Shown here piece by piece: positions 1 through 13,991 of a stretch of DNA of 64,000 nt. Each line of letters opens with the position of its first letter. The stretch's first letter is position 1. Source of the DNA: Octopus vulgaris (lineage: Eukaryota). The stretch lies in the NCBI GenBank assembly GCA_951406725.2, contig OX597837.1, forward strand, positions 33,542,001-33,606,000, given 5' to 3'. Below the pieces are notes generated by a model that was given only the letters and a program-made list of their open reading frames with translations, was not told the DNA's origin and did not search any database. The position numbers and the translations under genes were made by a program.

Positions 1-461
1 GAGGGAACTAATCGATTAAATTGATTTCAATACTTAGAACGAATTCACGAACGAAAAGCTTCTGAGCATTTTGTCCGGCATCCAGCTTGTCACAGATTTG
101 TTTGTCAGTTGTTTGACCATGACTAGTTGAGTATGTCCCTTAGAGGCTGACGCTATGTGCATCTCTGATCACGAGTGGAAGTAGTGGGGGAGCATTATAG
201 CGATTTGTTGAAGGGAATTCTTTGGGGGTTCGAATAATTCACCTCTGGAAACATGGTTGTTTCGTTCAACATCCTTAAACAAGCTTTATTCAGGGACCTC
301 TTGTGCGGGATGGGCTACTTAACATAGTTCTATCTGAGCCCCACCTGCAAGGTCATGCACTGTTTATCTTGACACCCCCGACACACAAACACACTTCTTT
401 TTTTTATAGATATAAATTAAATTAATAATATTTAAATTCAGACAAATAAAAAAAGAACATC

Positions 462-718
462 GGCGATCTTTCGGAGAAAGTCTATCAAAACTGACAGTAT
501 TTGTTCGGCAATTTCCGTAAACATTTTTTATTTCTTTAATTTCTTTTCAGCTGAATTTCTTGTTTATATATTTTTCGTGTATGTGTGTGTTTTCACGCAT
601 CTATGTACATTTGTGCATATGTTTTAACACACAAATATGCATACAGACACACACATACACATGCACACGGAAATTGCCGAACAGATACTTTTTGGTAGAC
701 TTTCTCCGAAAGATCGTG
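462..718. mobile_element. Second Merlin-like MITE family
   Basis: ~55-bp imperfect TIRs GGCGATCTTTCGGAGAAAGTCTA...TAGACTTTCTCCGAAAGATCG. The terminal 12 bp are shared with the other family. Confidence 0.6.
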
Positions 719-748
719 AAAGCATCTAAAAAAATTCATAAAAAAGAG

Positions 749-1016
749 ATCTTTTGTCTCTAGTAGACCTTTCCGTCGATTACACAACATACTGTCTGTC
801 TCCCACACCCCATTAAACACACACACACACACACACATGTACATCAATGCTTGCCATGCACGGTAACTTCAAAAGAACTTCCCTCGTCATACAATCGCTT
901 TCTCTTAGTCTCTTTCGCTCTCATTACTTCAAAAGTTCCCACAAGCCCATATGTAAAAAAAAAAAAATTTTTTTACGGAAATCGACGGAAAGGTCTACTA
1001 GAGACGAAAGATTGCC
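749..1016. mobile_element. Merlin-like MITE, internally deleted copy
   Basis: Same TIR (TCTCTAGTAGACCTTTCCGTCGAT) and body as 2598-3004. Confidence 0.75.
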
Positions 1017-1429
1017 CCCCAAAAAGATTCTGTAGCTTTCAAATATTTCATAACATTATAATTATGACTAAATATAAGCAAAAATGTATCGTTGTTATAT
1101 GATATCGACTGATTAAAAAAAAAAGCATTTTTTTTGTAATTAAATTTACGAATGTTATAAAATAATTTTCAGAGAAAAACGAAAGTTAAGCACTTAATAA
1201 AGTGATAAATATGTTTCTGATATAAGTAAGATTGGAAAATGCTGTGTAATCTTCAAATAATACATGTCGATCGTTGAGCTTACAACATCAGTTTTGCTTT
1301 CGGAAAAGAGAAAAAGTTTTGTTACGTAATGTTGGGGGTCCGTTCTATCTTTCTTTCCCTATCTTGAAATGGTCTAATTGTTTGCTTTCACACACATGCG
1401 CGCACTAACGCACGCACACGCACTCACAC

Positions 1430-1766
1430 ATACATACATACATACATACATGCATACATACATCATACATACATACATACACACACACACACAGACATAC
1501 ATACATACATACATACACACAAAATTCACTTTTACATCAAAAAGGTTGACAATGACTTCGAAGTATCGATTTGCACGCCTTCTTTACACTTTTACATATG
1601 TATATGCGTAAAGAAGGAAGCGGACGAAAGATAGATAGATAGATAAAGAAATAGGCACATACATACATACATTTATATATATATAAATACGTACATGCGT
1701 ACATACACTCATTCATACATACATACATAGATACATACGAACACTCATACATACATACATACATAC

Positions 1767-1797
<31 letters not shown>

Positions 1798-2290
1798 CAT
1801 ACATACATACATACATACATACATACATACATACATACACACTTACATACGTACATACATACGAACACTCATACATAGATACATACATACATACATAAAT
1901 ACATACATTCCTAAATACACACATACATACATACATACATACATCATACATACATAAATACATACATACATAAATACATACATACGAACACTCATACATA
2001 CATACATACATTCATACATACATACATACATAAATACATAAGTACATACATACATAAATACATACATACATACATAAATACATACATACATAAATACATC
2101 ATACATACATACATACATACAATGCATACATACACACATACATACATAAATACATACATACATAAATACATACATACATACATACATACATACATACATA
2201 CATACATACATACATACATACATACATACATACATACATACATACATACATAAATACATACATACATACATAGGAACGCTCATACATTCA
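1430..2290. repeat. (TACA)n compound microsatellite
   Basis: Direct reading. Similar tracts at 3970-4470 and 12960-13490. Confidence 0.95.
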
Positions 2291-2597
2291 CACACACACG
2301 TACGTTCGTGTTTATTTACTAGTGTGTGTGTGTGTGTGTATGCGTACATTTACTTCAGGGTGGAATCGCATAAAACAGACAAAAAGTTAAAGCGATGAAA
2401 AGCAAATTCGTTTAACAGAAGCGAAACAGAAAAGGAAAAGAGAGATAACCAAAGACAATAAACATAAGCAGTGGTTCTGAACCAATTTTTTTTTTTTGTC
2501 TATGGACCCCTTTGTTTACAATTTTGTTTTGATGCACACCCAAAGCCATTCGATATTTAAAAACCAATTTTAAAGAAATTTTCAAAATTCCTATTTT

Positions 2598-3004
2598 GGC
2601 AACCTTTCGTCTCTAGTAGACCTTTCCGTCGATTTCCGTAAAAATGTTTGTTTTTTTTTACATATGGGCTTGCGGGAACTTTTGAAGTAATGAGAGCGAA
2701 AGAGATTAAGAGAAAGCGATTGTATGACGAGGGAAGTTCTTTTGAAGTTACCGTGCATGGCAAGCATTGATGTACATGTGTGTGTGTGTGTGTGTGTTTG
2801 ATGAGGTGTGGGAGACAAACAGTATGTTGTGTAAGTGAAGTGCTTCTGTTAGTGTGTGTGAAAGAAAGAGATAACTGAAACTTTTTACTCGGTGTATGTG
2901 TATATGTGTATATTACTTCAAAAGTTCCCGCAAGCCCATATGTAAAAAAAAAATATTTTTTTACGGAAATCGACGGAAAGGTCTACTAGAGACGAAAGAT
3001 CGCC
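2598..3004. mobile_element. Merlin-like MITE
   Basis: ~90-bp imperfect TIRs beginning GGCAACCTTTCG and ending CGAAAGATCGCC, with 8-bp TSD CCTATTTT (2590-2597; 3005-3012). GGNRM termini with an 8-bp TSD fit Merlin. Confidence 0.75.
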
Positions 3005-3539
3005 CCTATTTTGTTATTCAAACGTTAACTTGTATCGGTTGAACTATGTAAAAGATTACAGAAAGACACCCAGCTGTTTCTTGCAATTAACACATTTAAA
3101 TCAGAACTTTTCACGGACCCTTAAAATACTAGTGGATCCCCAACTCATTATTTATCTAGCGTGGGCCCTACGATATCTTATAAGGACCCTGTTTGGGTCC
3201 ATATAAAATTAAACTATATCACAGAAATAAAACTAATGTTTTAAAGTAAAGGACTGCCTTTCATTCTAAAATTCCACAGCAGCAACTGTTTTTTGTCCAC
3301 TGTTGAATGTGTGAAACAAAAATATTTCTCATAGCTTAAATTCACAAAACATTTGCGAGATGGTGGGGAGGAGAGAGTAGATTAAAAGGCAAATCAGAAA
3401 ACTCCAATTTTGACACGATGTGTTATTTCAAACATTTATATAACTTTTATATAAGTTCACTGCTTTGGGAGTAAAAAAGAAAAAATGAATTTGCATGTGG
3501 GTGTACGTATATGTGAATGTGTGTCAGTGTGTATATGCA

Positions 3540-3556
3540 TATAGACAGACAGACAC

Positions 3557-3631
<75 letters not shown>

Positions 3632-3646
3632 CAGGCAGATAGATAA

Positions 3647-3700
<54 letters not shown>

Positions 3701-3716
3701 TGACAGATAGATAGAT

Positions 3717-3767
<51 letters not shown>

Positions 3768-3804
3768 GATAGATAGATAGATAGATAGATAGACAGACAG
3801 ACAC

Positions 3805-3887
<83 letters not shown>

Positions 3888-3890
3888 CTG
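3540..3890. repeat. (GATA/GACA)n microsatellite
   Basis: Direct reading. Complementary (TCTA/TCTG)n tracts at 5340-5805, 8630-9145 and 43955-44135. Confidence 0.95.
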
Positions 3891-4364
3891 ACAGCTAAAC
3901 ATAGACGGACTTATATGTGTTCAGTGTTTTGGAAATAATGCATGGCAAAGTATAGGCAAAAGTTTGTGCATACATACAAACATACATACATACATACATA
4001 CATACAACATACCAACATACATACATACCAACATACATACAAATATACCTACATACATAGCTACATACATAGATGTATACATACATACATACATATAAAC
4101 ATACCTACATACATAGCTACATACATACATACATACAAACATACCTACATACATAGCTACATACATACAAACATACCAACATACAAACATACATACATAC
4201 AAACATACACACATACATACATACAAACAAACATACATACATACATACATACACATACATACATAGCTACATACATACATACATACATACATACATACAT
4301 ACATACATACATACATACATACATACATACATACATACATACATACATACATACATACATACAT

Positions 4365-4399
<35 letters not shown>

Positions 4400-5372
4400 T
4401 ACATACATACATACAAACATACATACATACATACATACATACATACATAAATGCATACGTACAATGCATACATACAGCTATACAGAAAGACAGCCAGACA
4501 GACAGGTCTTATATAAGCTCTATGTTTTGGAAATAAAAACCAAGGAATTTCACCCAAATATTTGCTGTTTGTGACTTATTTTCCCAAGTTATTTGTGTTG
4601 CGCTTTTTTTTCCCCCCGGAAGGTTTTTTTTTTTAGAAACAACTGTTATGTCATCAGACTTCATATATATACATGTTTGTATGCGCGCGCGTGTGTGTGT
4701 GTGTGTGTGTGTGTGATATATTTATATACACATATATACATACATGCATACATTACTAGGTATGTAAACACGCGTGCGCGCAGAATGCGTGTGCGTAAGT
4801 GTTTGTGTGCGCGCGCGCGTGCACACTTATATAAGCCTGTGTATATGTGTGTTGTGGGGTGGGGGGTTGTTGTGTATGTATGTGTATAATTGTGGGTGCG
4901 TATGTATACATGTGGATGGCTTCGTGTATGTATGTATGTATGCACGTACGTACTCCCTTTTTAATGCGTGTTTTCCTCAGTAAGGGTACACCTCTCTATG
5001 ACTCTTGTCTAATTGCAGACACATGTATGTATATATGTATGTGTATTTTCCTGTTATTTTTAAGTTGCAGCCCCTCTTCACAGAAGAGAGATGCTGACCC
5101 AATTTTAACAGGTTTTATTGTTGTTTTTTTTTTCCTTTTCAAAAGGGTAAGGGGGGGGGTATCTCTCTTTATCTCCCTTTTTCTCTCTCTCCCTACCTCT
5201 GCTTCTTTCTATCTTCCTCTCTATCTCTCTGCCTCTTTCTCGCTCGCTCTCGTATGAATGCATGTATATATGTACAAGCATATGTGTATATGCATGCATA
5301 CATACACACATACACTTATCTTTTTCACACTGCCTACCTGTCTGTGTGTCTATCTATCTATCTATCTATCTA

Positions 5373-5414
<42 letters not shown>

Positions 5415-5416
5415 AT

Positions 5417-5487
<71 letters not shown>

Positions 5488-5624
5488 GTCTGTCTGTCTC
5501 TATCTATTTATCATTCTATCTATCTATATGTCTGTCTGTCTATCTATCTATCTATCTGTCTATCTGTCGGTCTGTCTATCTGGATCTTTCTATCTATCAT
5601 TCTATCTATCTATCTATCTATCTA

Positions 5625-5804
<180 letters not shown>

Positions 5805-6156
5805 CGAATATATGTATGTATGTAGGTAGGTATGTGTGTATATATATATGCATGTTTGTATGAATGTTGATACATATGTAATTATGTATGTCTATGTATG
5901 TGTATATATATATATATTTATGCATGTATATTTAATTGTATGTTCATATTATGTATGCATGTAGCAATGTATGTCTATATGTAAGCATACATGCATACAT
6001 ACATACATACATACATACACATACACACACACACACGCGATAATTTCAGGGTGTAACATCTCATCACAAAGACAAAAAAGCTCAAAGAGGAAGTTGTTAA
6101 ATAAGTTCTTTGTAAGGTTTTTTTTTCTCTCCATAGTTTCTTTTACTAGTCACCCA

Positions 6157-6193
<37 letters not shown>

Positions 6194-6489
6194 CTGAGAG
6201 AGAAAAATTCTCCATGACCTTTTTAAAAAGCAAAAAAAACGTTTTACTTAACTCACACTACACATCCAGGCTCTTCCTCCTACCACCTATCACAACAACC
6301 ACCTTTCTTTCTCTCAGTCTTTTTTAGTAAGTCGTACCTGACGCTGCTGCTCCTCCTCACATCAACGCTCCCTCCCCCCCTCTCTCAAGCAACCCTTCTC
6401 CCCCACCCCCTCCCTCCCGACCGACCGACCCATATCTCACTTTTTTAACATCTAGAAAATAAAAAAAACATTATTTTAGAAAGAGAATG

Positions 6490-6583
<94 letters not shown>

Positions 6584-6826
6584 TAGAGGAAACGGAAAGA
6601 ATAAAATAATTGAGATACGTTACAAGATCGATTGATCGATAGAAAGAGAGAGAGAGAGAAAGAGAGAGGGAGAGAGAGAGAAAGAGAGAGGGAGAGAGAG
6701 AGAAAGAGAGAGGGAGAGAGAGAGAGAGGTTAAGATTAGGAATGAATGAAAAAAATATATTGCAAAAGGCGAGGTTTATGTGAATTAATGAATGAATTAG
6801 AAAGCGTATGAGGAAGAGAGAGAGAG

Positions 6827-6866
<40 letters not shown>

Positions 6867-7543
6867 GTTATCTGGCAGACGATATTACCTCTTTCATTGC
6901 ATCTTCAACCATGCAATGTGCATAGCTAATTAGTTAATATACACACATACAAACATATGCATACATGCGTATACATATATACACATGCATTCATAACGTA
7001 CACATACATATACGTATATATATTAGATATATTACACACACACACACATTTTAATTGGTAGAAGTTACTAAATGACTCAAGGGTCTAGTCTTATGCTGGG
7101 CACTTAAGTTTGAACGAAACTCCTGGCCTTCGGAACCACAGGGCAAAATACACAAATCTGTCGAATTATTGTACCTCCAGAGTACGAAACTATTAGTAGC
7201 CCTATCTTCAATTTATGTTTATCAAATGATACTTATCTCTCAGTGTTTTGTTGATCCTACCTATAATGGAACAGCAAATTATGTCTGTATATGTATATAT
7301 ATATATATATATTTCTAGCAGTGTAGGTCTTTCTAACACCCTAGTCACAGCTGGCTAATGACACACAGTCTGTCTGTATATAGCATTTGCAAGGGAGATC
7401 ATATGTTGGCATATAAACATTAATAGGACACTATTTCGTTTTGCAACCATGATACACTACCAAGAATATTACAGACTTATAAGTCAATATTGTATCCTAC
7501 CTGACTCAACTCTCAGAAAATCTGTACAAGATAAGTCTATAAA

Positions 7544-7614
<71 letters not shown>

Positions 7615-7786
7615 GAGAATTCACACACACGCAAAAAAAGACGAAGACAGGTGGTGTAGAAAACAAACAGATGTATTAGTATAACGCTCGGGAATTGAAG
7701 AAGTCTTTTATATTTCGAGCCTACGCTCTTCCACAGAAAGGAACACAGAAAGAAATAAGGAGAGAAAAAATGTGTTTAGTGGCTAG

Positions 7787-7817
<31 letters not shown>

Positions 7818-7824
<7 letters not shown>

Positions 7825-8035
7825 CCAATTTAGGACTGAACACGAAAAGTGGACAGTCAACATGCTAGATATAGACGTCAAATCGCCATTCTCCACAAAG
7901 AGTATGTTCTCAAATAAAACTCAGCACAAAACATACTCTTTGAGAACATACTCTTTGTGGAGAATGGCGATTTGACGTCTATATCTAGCATGTTGACTGT
8001 CCACTTTTCGCGTTCAGTCCTTAATTGGTATATAA
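7818..8035. repeat. 97-bp inverted repeat with a 24-bp spacer, embedded in (TA)n
   Basis: 7818-7914 versus 7939-8035, two mismatches. Confidence 0.9.
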
Positions 8036-8112
8036 AAATATTTTAATCTTCGGATTCTTTTTAATATGTTAGACCACTGGTTTTAATTGACTAATATCAA
8101 TTTCTACCCTTA

Positions 8113-8173
<61 letters not shown>

Positions 8174-8698
8174 GTATACGTATTTAAAATGCTGGGAGAA
8201 AGACCTTCCAGGGACTGCCAACAAAACATCAAGCGCAGTGTAAATAAACAGTGTTTCAAAAAGCTACAATGAATTCCCATCGAGCAAAGAGATTTTCCTG
8301 CCGAGACTTGAATTGTTTGGCTTTCTGCTGTTTTTAGCTGACGTCGTCCATGTCATGTGGATTTGTTTACATCCAACAGCTGATAGCTACACTCAATAAC
8401 TCCTCCCTCTTTAGCCACACCTCCTCCTACTCCCACCACTGCTACTACAACTTTAAGTCTTCTACTTCCCCTTTCCACACTCATCTCTCACTCCTCTTGC
8501 ATGTCACTCATTCGTTCACTCATTCTTTCTTTCAATCACTTTCATCTCTGTCACTCGTATACACATACACTCTCTCTCTTTTCCTCTCTCTTGTTTTGTT
8601 TGTTTCTCTTTAATCGTCTTACTGTTTCACTCTATCTATCTCTCTATCTATCTGTCTATCTCTCTATCTATCTGTCTATCTATCTGTCTATCTATCTG

Positions 8699-8791
<93 letters not shown>

Positions 8792-8845
8792 GTATGTATG
8801 TATGTATGTATGTATGTATCTATCTATCTATCTATTATCTATCTT

Positions 8846-8882
<37 letters not shown>

Positions 8883-8928
8883 GTATGTATGTATGTATGT
8901 ATGTATCTATCTATCTATTATCTATCTT

Positions 8929-9047
<119 letters not shown>

Positions 9048-9076
9048 ATCTGTCTGTTTATCTATCTATCTATCTG

Positions 9077-9144
<68 letters not shown>

Positions 9145-9155
9145 CCTATATTAAT

Positions 9156-9192
<37 letters not shown>

Positions 9193-9452
9193 TTGTCTTC
9201 CTTTAACTCGGAAGCCTCTAGATGGTCATTCGACTTGCTAGAAACCGCAGCCAAATCTCCCTCACATCATACAGTAACGTCTTTTAGAAACATTTCACAA
9301 TGGAAAATGTGATCCTCGATACACTGTACCTGAAAAAAATAATAATTGAAATAAATAAAGAATCGATGGTCATGCTAAAAATATAACTGCTGGATCGCGG
9401 CTGACGTGGGGTTAAACAATAACACTCGCATACACACACACACATACACACA

Positions 9453-9491
<39 letters not shown>

Positions 9492-9775
9492 TTTCCTTTC
9501 TCTTTCTCTCTGTTTTTATCTTTCTTCCACTCAATTAAATTGATACTTAGCACAGTCACTCACTAACCAGTAAGTGTGGTGGTAGTGAGTGGCCTTTAAC
9601 TAGTCATTCAACCTTGCTAGAAACAGCAGCTAAATCTTCACGTACCGAAGCGTCTCATATATATATATATATATATACCGGAGTAAACACATAAATGTGA
9701 AACAAGGTGGAAAAAAGAGTACTCGAATACCAGTGGTAGAGTAATATGCTTTATTTAAAGCAGCAGAAAATTCAA

Positions 9776-9825
9776 CAAAATCTGTTACTCTGAGTTTCTC
9801 GTTGCCGTTCATCAGACAGTTTTTG
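9776..9825 (-). ncRNA. Minimal type I hammerhead ribozyme motif
   Basis: The minus strand reads caaaaaCTGT-CTGATGA-aCGgcaaCGa-GAAA-CTCaGAG-TA/ACAGattttg. Stem I is 4+5 bp, stem II is GCAA-capped, stem III is quasi-palindromic, and the triplet is GUA. Confidence 0.7.
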
Positions 9826-9835
9826 CTATATATAT

Positions 9836-9918
<83 letters not shown>

Positions 9919-10278
9919 ACATATATATTACTCATTGGTTAATGTAATCCTTGATACACAGTACCTGAAACAAGCAAATAAATAAAGACCAGTTGGTCTT
10001 GCTAAAGTGTTCGATAATCACATATCTGCTGGGTGAAGGTTGACCTGGGGCTAAACAACACAGTCACTCTCTGTGCACACACACAATGATATATGCGTGT
10101 GTGTGTGTATTACACAAGCCTTCAATCAAGTTATACATACATTCATCATACGTGCCCACCCCTCCCGACAGGTCATCCTCGCCTTCTAAAAACCTGTCTC
10201 CTTTAGTAACCCTAACCTTTTTAACATTATATAATCGCATTTATTCACATTCTTTAGGCTTTCAACTACTCAATAACG

Positions 10279-10335
10279 TCTCTCTCTCTCTCTCTTTCTT
10301 TCTGTCTCATATCTCTGTCTCTCTTTCTTTCTGTC

Positions 10336-10375
<40 letters not shown>

Positions 10376-10446
10376 CTGTCTCATATCTCTCTCTCTCTTT
10401 CTTTCTGTCTCATATCTCTCTCTCTCTCTCTCTTTCTTTCTGTCTC

Positions 10447-10497
<51 letters not shown>

Positions 10498-10682
10498 ATA
10501 TCTCTCTCTCTCTCTCTTTCTTTCTGTCTCATATCTCTCTCTCTCTTTCTTTCTGTCTCATATTTCTCTCTCTCTCTTTCTTTCTGTCTCATATCTCTCT
10601 CTCTCTCTCTTTCTTTCTGTCTCATATCTCTCTCTCTCTCTTTCTGTCTCATATCTCTCTCTCTCTTTCTTTCTGTCTCATA

Positions 10683-10717
<35 letters not shown>

Positions 10718-10822
10718 TTCTTTCTGTCTCATATCTCTCTCTCTCTCTTTCTTTCTGTCTCATATCTCTCTCTCTCTTTCTTTCTGTCTCATATCTCTCT
10801 CTCTCTTTCTTTCTGTCTCATA

Positions 10823-10856
<34 letters not shown>

Positions 10857-10885
10857 ATATCTCTCTCTCTCTTTCTTTCTGTCTC

Positions 10886-10928
<43 letters not shown>

Positions 10929-11120
10929 ATATCTCTCTCTCTCTCTCTCTCTTTCTGTCTCATATCTCTCTCTCTCTCTCTTTCTGTCTCTCTCTCTCTC
11001 TCTCTTTCTTCTCTCTCTCTCTTTCTTTCTGTCTTCTCTCTCTCTCTCTCTTTCTTTCTGTCTCATATTTCTCTCTCTCTCTTTCTTTCTGTCTCATATC
11101 TCTCTCTCTCTCTCTTTCTT

Positions 11121-11164
<44 letters not shown>

Positions 11165-11629
11165 ATCTCTCTCTCTCTCTCTCTTTCTTTCTGTCTCATA
11201 TTTCTCTCTCTCTCTCTCTCTCTTTCTGTCTCATATCTCTCTCTCTCTCTCTCTTTCTGTCTCATATTTCTCTCTCTCTCTCTTTCTTTCTGTCTCATAT
11301 CTCTCTCTCTCTCTCTTTCTTTCTGTCTCATATCTCTCTCTCTCTCTCTCTCTTTCTTTCTGTCTCATATTTCTCTCTCTCTCTCTTTCTTTCTGTCTCA
11401 TATCTCTCTCTCTCTTACTTTCTGTCTCATATCTCTCTCTCTCTTTCTTTCTGTCTCATATTTCTCTCTCTCTCTCTATCTCTCTTTCTGTCTCATATCT
11501 CTCTCTCTCTCTTTCTTTCTGTCTCATATCTCTCTCTCTCTCTCTTTCTTTCTGTCTCATATTTCTCTCTCTCTCTTTCTGTCTCATATATCTCTCTCTC
11601 TCTCTCTCTTTCTTTCTGTCTCATATTTC

Positions 11630-11661
<32 letters not shown>

Positions 11662-11680
11662 ATATCTCTCTCTCTCACAT
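10279..11680. repeat. 1.4-kb polypyrimidine minisatellite: (CT)n punctuated by TTTCTGTCTCATAT
   Basis: Dozens of ~25-40-bp units read directly from the sequence. Confidence 0.95.
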
Positions 11681-11954
11681 TCTTTAACTATTAATTATTT
11701 TGTCTCCTTCACACACTATCTATTGCTGTCTCTTTGTCTCCTTCTCTCTCTCTCTCTCTCTTAAATACATTATTTCCCTGTCTTTCTCACCCTCACACGT
11801 ACTATTTGTCTCTCTTTTATACACATCATCTCTTTTTCTCTTTCTCCTCACTCTTGCCCACACACTCTCTCTCTCTCTCTCTCTCTCACTTTTATTTGTC
11901 TTTCTCCCTTTCTCCCTCTTACATTATGGTTATTTCAGTCTCTCTTGCTTTATT

Positions 11955-11987
<33 letters not shown>

Positions 11988-12318
11988 ACACACTAATTAG
12001 TTGTGTCTGTCTGTCTCTCTCTCACACTATTTCTGTCTCTCTGTCTTTCTCTCTTTTGCTATTTATTTCGCTCTCGCTATCACGCATTAATCAGTATTTC
12101 TCCCTCTCTCTCTCTCTCTTTTATTCTCTCCTTCTCACTCTATATCTATCTCTCTCAGACGCTCATTCTTTCACCACCACACTCTTAGTAACTCACTCAT
12201 TCATTCATTCTCTCACTTATTTCTTCTCTCATTCACGCATTCTCCAGGTCAATCACCTCTTTATTAACACTCGTACCTACATTGCACACAAACCTACACT
12301 TCACTTTCTTTATGACCC

Positions 12319-12383
<65 letters not shown>

Positions 12384-12540
12384 CCCCCTGTTTTTGTTTC
12401 GTCTTTACTTACCAAAATCCATCTTGGCTTTCTTACCTATTTTTTCCACTTCTACTTCGTCGTCCGTTTTTAATCATTGTTCCGTGTGAGTCTGTTTATT
12501 TTTGTTTCCTACATTTTCTGCGACTGGTTTGTCGTGTGCT

Positions 12541-12658
<118 letters not shown>

Positions 12659-13494
12659 AAGTGCATTGAGTAAACTTGACGATATTGGTATTTCAACATG
12701 GCTATACATCCGTACGCACGTACCCGTCTTCGTGTACATATGCACGCACGCACGTACGTACGTACGTACGTACATATATACATACATACGTACATACATT
12801 GATGCATGCATACATACATCCTTCGTTCATACTCTACAAATGATCCCGATATCCGGGTCTATAGAAATCTGCAAGACCTTAAGATATTAGAGATGATGAA
12901 CAAAACAAGGTGCTTTCCTTCACAACCTTGCAACCAAAATTAAAAAGAGAAGAGAACATGCATGCATACATTCACACACACACACACATACATGCATACG
13001 TTCACACACACACATATACATGCCTACATACATACATACACACACACATACATGCCTACATACATACACACACACATACATGCATACGTTCACAGACACA
13101 TACATGCATACATTTACACATACATATATACATACATACATTATACATTCACACATACATAAATACATACCTTCACACGTACATACATTTACACATGCAT
13201 ACATACTCAAATACATAGATTAACACATTCACACATACATACATGCACACATACATTCAGACAAACATACATGCATCACAAACATATATGCACACATACA
13301 TACATTCACACATACATGCATGCACACATATATGCATACATACATACATACATAATATATATATACATACATACATAATATTTATATATACATACATACA
13401 TACATACATAATATATATATATACATACATACATGCATACATACATAATACATACATACAGACACACATGCGTACATACATGCATGCATGCATG

Positions 13495-13710
13495 GTGGTT
13501 GTCTGCTCCTTACGCAGAGTCTGACCACCTCCTGTTCTGACACCTTAGAACCATCATGGCATCTGATGTGGCTTTTTTACACAGACAATGTTTTGAAAAG
13601 ACACCCACAATAGATTGCATATTTGATTGGACCAACAAGAGCTGCAGATAAGTTCGGATCCTTGTAGATCTTAAAATGTCTTTTGAGGCCTCCATTAGAT
13701 TTGCAAAATC
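13495..13710 (-). mobile_element. RTE LINE C-terminal zinc-finger fragment
   Basis: FCKSNGGLKRH...KSHIRCH, similar to 23700-23790. Confidence 0.55.
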
Positions 13711-13991
13711 CATCCATCCATCCGTCCGTCCGTCCATCTTATGAACTCTTTGTTTTTAACCTTTCTGGGACCCAGAGTTTCATACTGACAGGAATAACAG
13801 GACAGTTTGTGAATTAAATTCTGGTTGAATAAATGCTGGTTTCCATCAGCCTGAAATCTTGGGTTCAAGAAGAATAACAAAGTCCCTATGACAATGAAAT
13901 GTTTATTCACCTTCCTGGAGTTGAGTTCTCATTCTTCTGGTTCATTACTAATGTGTGTATGTTTGTGTGTGTGTGTGTGTACGCATGCATA

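Noticed and set aside
10086-11687. 533-aa ORF and the many YIHT/MYVC/LSIY/ERER ORFs
   Set aside because: These are translations of microsatellites that lack stop codons; they have no protein-like content.
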